This document shows positions 59,615 to 64,000 of a stretch of DNA of 64,000 bases, in pieces. Position numbers and translations under genes: made by a program. Within the stretch, counting starts at the first letter, position 1. Each line of letters starts with the position of its first letter. The notes beneath the pieces are model-generated. The model did not search any database and had not been told where the DNA came from. It saw nothing but the letters and a program-made list of their open reading frames with translations. The stretch comes from an uncultured Solirubrobacterales bacterium (GTDB lineage Bacteria > Actinomycetota > Thermoleophilia > Solirubrobacterales > Solirubrobacteraceae): NCBI GenBank assembly GCA_963831845.1, contig CAWHRT010000025.1, positions 16,659-80,658 of the forward strand. The letters run 5' to 3'.

Positions 59615-59813
59615 GCAACGCAGGATCGCCGCCCAGCTCCCGTCCCGGTATGGGGAGATTCCCTGAACCGGTCCCTGAATCCCCGATCCAGTGCACGCAC
59701 TCTCATGGAACTAAGGGTCGCGAGCCCAAAGTCCAGGGCCGCTCACCGACTGACACGGCGGGCGATCGCGCCTACCGTGAGGGATCGGAGAACCGCACTA
59801 ACGAGGACGCCAG

Positions 59814-60200
59814 ATGCCGGGAAACACGAACCACGCGAAGAAGCTGACGATCCACCTGGACTGCCCGGTCGAGGCGGCCTGCATGGTCAGGTTCCAGCGG
59901 GTCCGCAACTGCTGGCTGGCGGTGTCGCCGTTCTGGTTCTCGCTGGTGAGGCGCGGCGGGCTGCTCGGCAAGCCCGTAGGCAAGCCGTTCGCCGAGCTCC
60001 TGTTCGCCGACGTGGCGTCGGTGGCGCTCAAGTCCACGGTCGCCACGATGCGCGCGACCGTGGCTCTGCACGACGGGCGCGAGTTCGCGTTCGAGACCAA
60101 CCGCCGCGGCCCCGACAGGCCCAATCCGGAAGTGCTCGAGCTGTTCGCTCAGCGGTGCGTCGAGGTCAATCTTCGGCCGACAGCGATGCTCGGCGGTTGA
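59814..60200 (+). CDS. hypothetical protein (PH-like secondary-structure pattern)
   Basis: GAGGA RBS; beta-rich followed by a C-terminal helix; 35-bp overlap with the gntR 3' end. Confidence 0.55.
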   Translation: MPGNTNHAKKLTIHLDCPVEAACMVRFQRVRNCWLAVSPFWFSLVRRGGLLGKPVGKPFAELLFADVASVALKSTVATMRATVALHDGREFAFETNRRGPDRPNPEVLELFAQRCVEVNLRPTAMLGG

Positions 60201-60906
60201 CGATCAGCTCGAACGCATCGGCCACGTGCCACTCGTCCGACAGCATCACCGCGCGACCGCGCACGTCGTAGTCGACCTGGTCGATCCGCAGCAACGGGGC
60301 GCCGCGCTTGACCACCAGCAGCCGCGACAGCTTCGCGTTGGCGACCGTGGGGATCAGCCGGGCGCTGGCGCGGGCGACCGGATGCCCGGTGCTCTCGAGC
60401 ATCGCGTACAGCGAGCTGTCCAGCGGCCCGTCGGTGCGGTCGCCGAGAAGCTCCACCGGGATCCGGTCGCGCGAGTAGATCACCGGGCGCCGGCCGGCGA
60501 GCCTGACCCGCTCGACCTCCACCACCGGCGCGCCGTCTGCCAGGCCTAGCCGCTCGCGTTCGCGGTCGTCGGGAACGCGCACGCCCTTGCTGATGATGTG
60601 CTCGGCCGGCTTGTGTCCGGACTCGCGGATCATCGCCGTATAGCTCACTGTGGTCTCGAGCGGATGCCGTGTTCGCGGCGAGTAGGTCACGTAGGTGCCG
60701 GATCCGTGCCGGCGGGTCAGATACCCGGCGTCCATCAGCGCCCGGACCGAGTCGCGGACGGTGGCGCGGCTGACTCCGAAGCGCTCGCCCAGCTCGTTCT
60801 CGTTGTCGAGCTTGTCCCCGGGCGCGAGCCTTCCCGAGACGAGATCCTCGAGCAGGCTGTCGCGAACCTGTTCGACCAGCGACGGACGTCGGCGGCTCGA
60901 GGTCAT
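60166..60906 (-). CDS. GntR family regulator (HutC/UTRA subfamily)
   Basis: PGDKLDNENELGERFGVSRATVR..GSGTYV; UTRA VERVRLAG, PLLRI. Confidence 0.95.
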   Translation of the reverse strand: MTSSRRRPSLVEQVRDSLLEDLVSGRLAPGDKLDNENELGERFGVSRATVRDSVRALMDAGYLTRRHGSGTYVTYSPRTRHPLETTVSYTAMIRESGHKPAEHIISKGVRVPDDRERERLGLADGAPVVEVERVRLAGRRPVIYSRDRIPVELLGDRTDGPLDSSLYAMLESTGHPVARASARLIPTVANAKLSRLLVVKRGAPLLRIDQVDYDVRGRAVMLSDEWHVADAFELIVNRRASLSAED

Positions 60907-60943
60907 CCACCGCGCATGTTCACAGACCGCGGGGGCGGTCGCG

Positions 60944-63823
60944 CTATCCGTCCAGGGCCTCACTCAGCTCGCGCCGGCTGGCGATCTCGAGCTTGCGGTA
61001 GCAGACCGCGAGGTGGGTCTCGACCGTCTTGATGCTGAGGAACAGCTGCTGCGCGATCGCGCGGTTGCTGTTGCCGGCGGCGGCCAGCTCGCAGATCTCG
61101 CGCTGCCGGGGCGTGAGTGCCGAGACCCCATGCACCGCCGCCCGGCGAGGGCGCAGGCCGGTCGCGACCAGCTCGCGGCGGGCGCGACGCGCCAGCAGCA
61201 CAGCGCCGACCTCGTCGGCCTGCGCGAGCGCGGGCCGCAGTGCTCCCCGCGCCTCCACCCGGCGGCCCATTCGCGCCAGCGCTGCTCCCTGCTCGAGTCG
61301 GGCGCGCACGGACTCGAGTGCCCCGGAGTGTCCCTCGAGCACGGCGAGCGCGTCCTCGCAGGACGCCGTCCGGGCCGCCTCGTCGGGCTCAGCAACCGCC
61401 CGCGCGATCAGCGCGCCGGCGATCGGCACCGGGGCCCCGAACGATCGGGCCAGTGACAGCTCCTCCTCGGCCAGCGCGGCGGCCTCCTGGCGGCGACCCA
61501 GGTGCGCGAGCGCGAGGGCCGCGGTTGCCCGCCAAGCGGTCCAAGCCGGGTTCGGGCGGCCCTGTGTCGCCCGCCCCGCGCCGGCCTGGACCGCGTCGGC
61601 GTGCGCGCGCTCGAAGTCGCCCTCGGCGAGCGCGAGCCGCGCACGCGCGTGCAGCACGCCGATCTCCCAGGGCCGGCCGCCGAGCTCGCGATCGAAGTCG
61701 CGGGCCCGGATCAGGTCGTGCGCGGCATCGAACGCGCCACGCTCGGCGAGCGCACAGATCAGCACGCGCGTGGCGCCGCCGGCGAACACGTTGACGTCCC
61801 GCTCGGCCAACTCGAGCGCCAGGCCGGCACTGCGCTCGGCGCCGGCCACGTCACCGCTGCGCAGCGACAGTTCAGCGGCGTGCCAGGCGGCCCCGGCGCG
61901 CAGCCGGACCGACCCCCGCCGCACGGCCTCCTGTTCGAGCGCCGAAATCGCGCGGCTTGCCTCCTGCGCGGCGTCGGTCATCACCAGCACGCGAATGCAC
62001 AGGTGATAGGCGGAGCGCCGTTCGACGTCCGCCAGCAGGTGGCCGCCGTCGATCGCGTCGAGCGCGATCGCGGCGCACTGCTCCGCGGTCGAGGTCCCCT
62101 GTTCGGTCTCCAGCCAGGCCCGGTGCGCGAGCCCGACGCGCCTCAGCACCGGATCGGTCGCCGTGGTCAGATCCACCGCCGACGCCCGCCAGGCGCGTTC
62201 GGCGTGCCGGGCTGGCTGCGCGACCAGCGCATCGAGCGCGGCGGCCTCGAGGATCATCCGCGCCCGCAATCCGCGTTCGCCGGCCAGCTCGGCTTCCACG
62301 CGCTCGAGCACGCCGCCGTCCTCGCCCTCGGCCGCGCTCAACGCCGCCAGGCGGGTCAGCGCATCGATCCGGATGTCACTCTCGGCCGGCTCGCGCAGCG
62401 CCTCCTGCAACCGACGGCGCACGCCGGGCAGACCGGCGTCGAACGCGGCGGTTGCCAGAGACGCGAGCAGCTTGCCGCGGTTGTCTCCCGGCGCCCGCTC
62501 CCCCAGCGCCCGCTCCAGGAACTCGGCCGCGGCACTCGGCGCCCCGCGGCGAGCCGCTCGCTCCGCCGCGCGCCGCAGCAGCCGGCTGAGATCGGGGTCG
62601 CTCTGCGGACGGGAACGCAGCGCGTTGCCGGCGAGATGCTCGGCCGGCCCGCCCAGCTCGAGCAGCGTGCGCGCGCCCTCGCGGTGCAGGCGATCGCGCT
62701 CGGCGGGAGCGAGCGCGTCGCGGATCGCCACCCCGATCAGCGGGTGGACGAACGCGTCACGCTCTCCGCGCAGCAACCCGGCGGCCGCCAGCGCAGCCCG
62801 GGCCGTTCCCAGGTCCGCAACCGGGACGCCGGCCACCTGAGCCACCGCATGGGGCGACTGGCCCTCGCCGACCACGGCCAGCGTCGCCGCGACCGCCCGG
62901 TCGGCGGGCATCAGCCCGGCCAGGCGGCGGGCCACCGCGTCGCGGGCCCGGGGCGTGACCACCGCCGCGTCGGGGTCGGCGTCATCCCCGCCGGCGCGAA
63001 TCCGTGCCGCGAGCTCGGTGAGCAGCCAGGGGTCTCCCGCCGCGGCCTTGTGCAGATCGCGGCAGACGGTGACCGGTGCCTCGGGCGCCAGACGGCGAAT
63101 CAGCCGCGCCGCCCCGGGAGCGGTCAGCGGCGCCGGGCGTAGCGTGCTGGCGCCGCGCGCGTCCGCGATCAGGCTCAGCAGATCGGTGGCGGCGCGCGGG
63201 TCACCGTCTCGGGCGCCGAGCAGCAGCAGCACGGGCAGGTCCTCGATCCGCCGAGCCAGGAAGGCGAACGTCTGCAACGAGGCGCGGTCGGCCCAGTGGG
63301 CGTCGTCGACGATCAGCGCCAGCGGGCGCCTGGCGCCGATGCCCGCACATAGCCACATGATCGCGTGCGCGGCCGCGGTCACCCCGTCGCGCTCGGGTGT
63401 CTCCCCGCACAGCAACAGCGCCTTGGCGGCCGCCGCGGGACCGTCGAGGAGTTCGGCGCGACGGTTGGGGCGGGCGTCGCGCAGCGGCGCCTCCAGCAAC
63501 GCGCGGACCGCGCCGAAAGGGAACTCCTGGTCGTGCGGACCCGGTGCCGTCCTGCGCACCTGGAAGCCCGCGCCGCCCGCGACCGCGGCGGCGTGGTCGA
63601 CCAACGCCGTCTTGCCCGCCCCGGCCGGACCCTCGATCAGGATCGCCGCGCCGTGACCCCCACGGAGCCCCGCCACCGCCTGCGTCAGCGCTCCGAGCTC
63701 GGCGTCGCGCTCGATCAGCCGACGTCCCGCCGGTTGGTCGCCGCCCGAACCGGAGTCGAGCAGCGCCAGCAGGCGAGTCGAGGGCTGCGCCCCGACCGGC
63801 TCGATAGCGAGCTGCGTTGTCAT
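60944..63823 (-). CDS. large ATP-binding LuxR-family regulator
   Basis: LIERDAEL, GPAGAGKT, IVDDAHWAD; HTH LTPRQREI..NRAIAQQLFLSIKTVETHL. Confidence 0.93.
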   Translation of the reverse strand: MTTQLAIEPVGAQPSTRLLALLDSGSGGDQPAGRRLIERDAELGALTQAVAGLRGGHGAAILIEGPAGAGKTALVDHAAAVAGGAGFQVRRTAPGPHDQEFPFGAVRALLEAPLRDARPNRRAELLDGPAAAAKALLLCGETPERDGVTAAAHAIMWLCAGIGARRPLALIVDDAHWADRASLQTFAFLARRIEDLPVLLLLGARDGDPRAATDLLSLIADARGASTLRPAPLTAPGAARLIRRLAPEAPVTVCRDLHKAAAGDPWLLTELAARIRAGGDDADPDAAVVTPRARDAVARRLAGLMPADRAVAATLAVVGEGQSPHAVAQVAGVPVADLGTARAALAAAGLLRGERDAFVHPLIGVAIRDALAPAERDRLHREGARTLLELGGPAEHLAGNALRSRPQSDPDLSRLLRRAAERAARRGAPSAAAEFLERALGERAPGDNRGKLLASLATAAFDAGLPGVRRRLQEALREPAESDIRIDALTRLAALSAAEGEDGGVLERVEAELAGERGLRARMILEAAALDALVAQPARHAERAWRASAVDLTTATDPVLRRVGLAHRAWLETEQGTSTAEQCAAIALDAIDGGHLLADVERRSAYHLCIRVLVMTDAAQEASRAISALEQEAVRRGSVRLRAGAAWHAAELSLRSGDVAGAERSAGLALELAERDVNVFAGGATRVLICALAERGAFDAAHDLIRARDFDRELGGRPWEIGVLHARARLALAEGDFERAHADAVQAGAGRATQGRPNPAWTAWRATAALALAHLGRRQEAAALAEEELSLARSFGAPVPIAGALIARAVAEPDEAARTASCEDALAVLEGHSGALESVRARLEQGAALARMGRRVEARGALRPALAQADEVGAVLLARRARRELVATGLRPRRAAVHGVSALTPRQREICELAAAGNSNRAIAQQLFLSIKTVETHLAVCYRKLEIASRRELSEALDG

Positions 63824-64000
63824 CTGTCTTGCCCCCAAGTCGTCAGACGTCCGATTGCCTGTCTGACCGATCAAGACGCGAGCGAGGCGATGATCCTTCC
63901 ATCGGAGCGCGCCCCGGCTCGCCGGCGGCTGCCCGCGTTGGCCGTCACGGCCCACGCCACCGTGGTCCGTTGCACCCCGGCGAGCGCAAGCTCGCGGCGG

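Overview
This is a high-GC, gene-dense accessory region of an actinobacterium. The protein families and the Gly-rich/RTX secreted proteins suggest Thermoleophilia/Solirubrobacterales (inference). It holds about 55 intact or near-intact CDS: small-molecule enzymes (methyltransferases, VOC, SnoaL, SDR, FAD oxidoreductases, acyl-CoA ligase, hydrolases), transporters (aquaporin, two MFS, FUSC) and many regulators (2 TetR, MarR, PadR, GntR, GAF-PucR, SARP, three AAA-LuxR, an ECF sigma, a Ser/Thr kinase and a fused MASE1-PP2C-STAS-anti-sigma protein). I saw no rRNA, tRNA, CRISPR array or intact mobile element. The standout is 26110..27474 (-): a protein with no signal peptide, an N-terminal LQRxAGN motif of the kind seen in contractile-injection-system cargo proteins, a microbial transglutaminase-like Cys-Asp-His core and a C-terminal tandem helical repeat. 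It is translationally coupled to a small downstream ORF, making the pair a candidate protein-crosslinking/deamidating toxin plus immunity protein. Also notable are a LexA box on an uncharacterised gene, a 34-bp motif shared by promoters on both sides of an AAA-LuxR regulator, several clear operator palindromes, a stand-alone nitrilase-triad protein and two paralogous secreted HWAHP proteins. About eight single-base frameshifts in otherwise intact genes are probably sequencing or assembly indels. All family calls are from motif recognition; no database searches were run.
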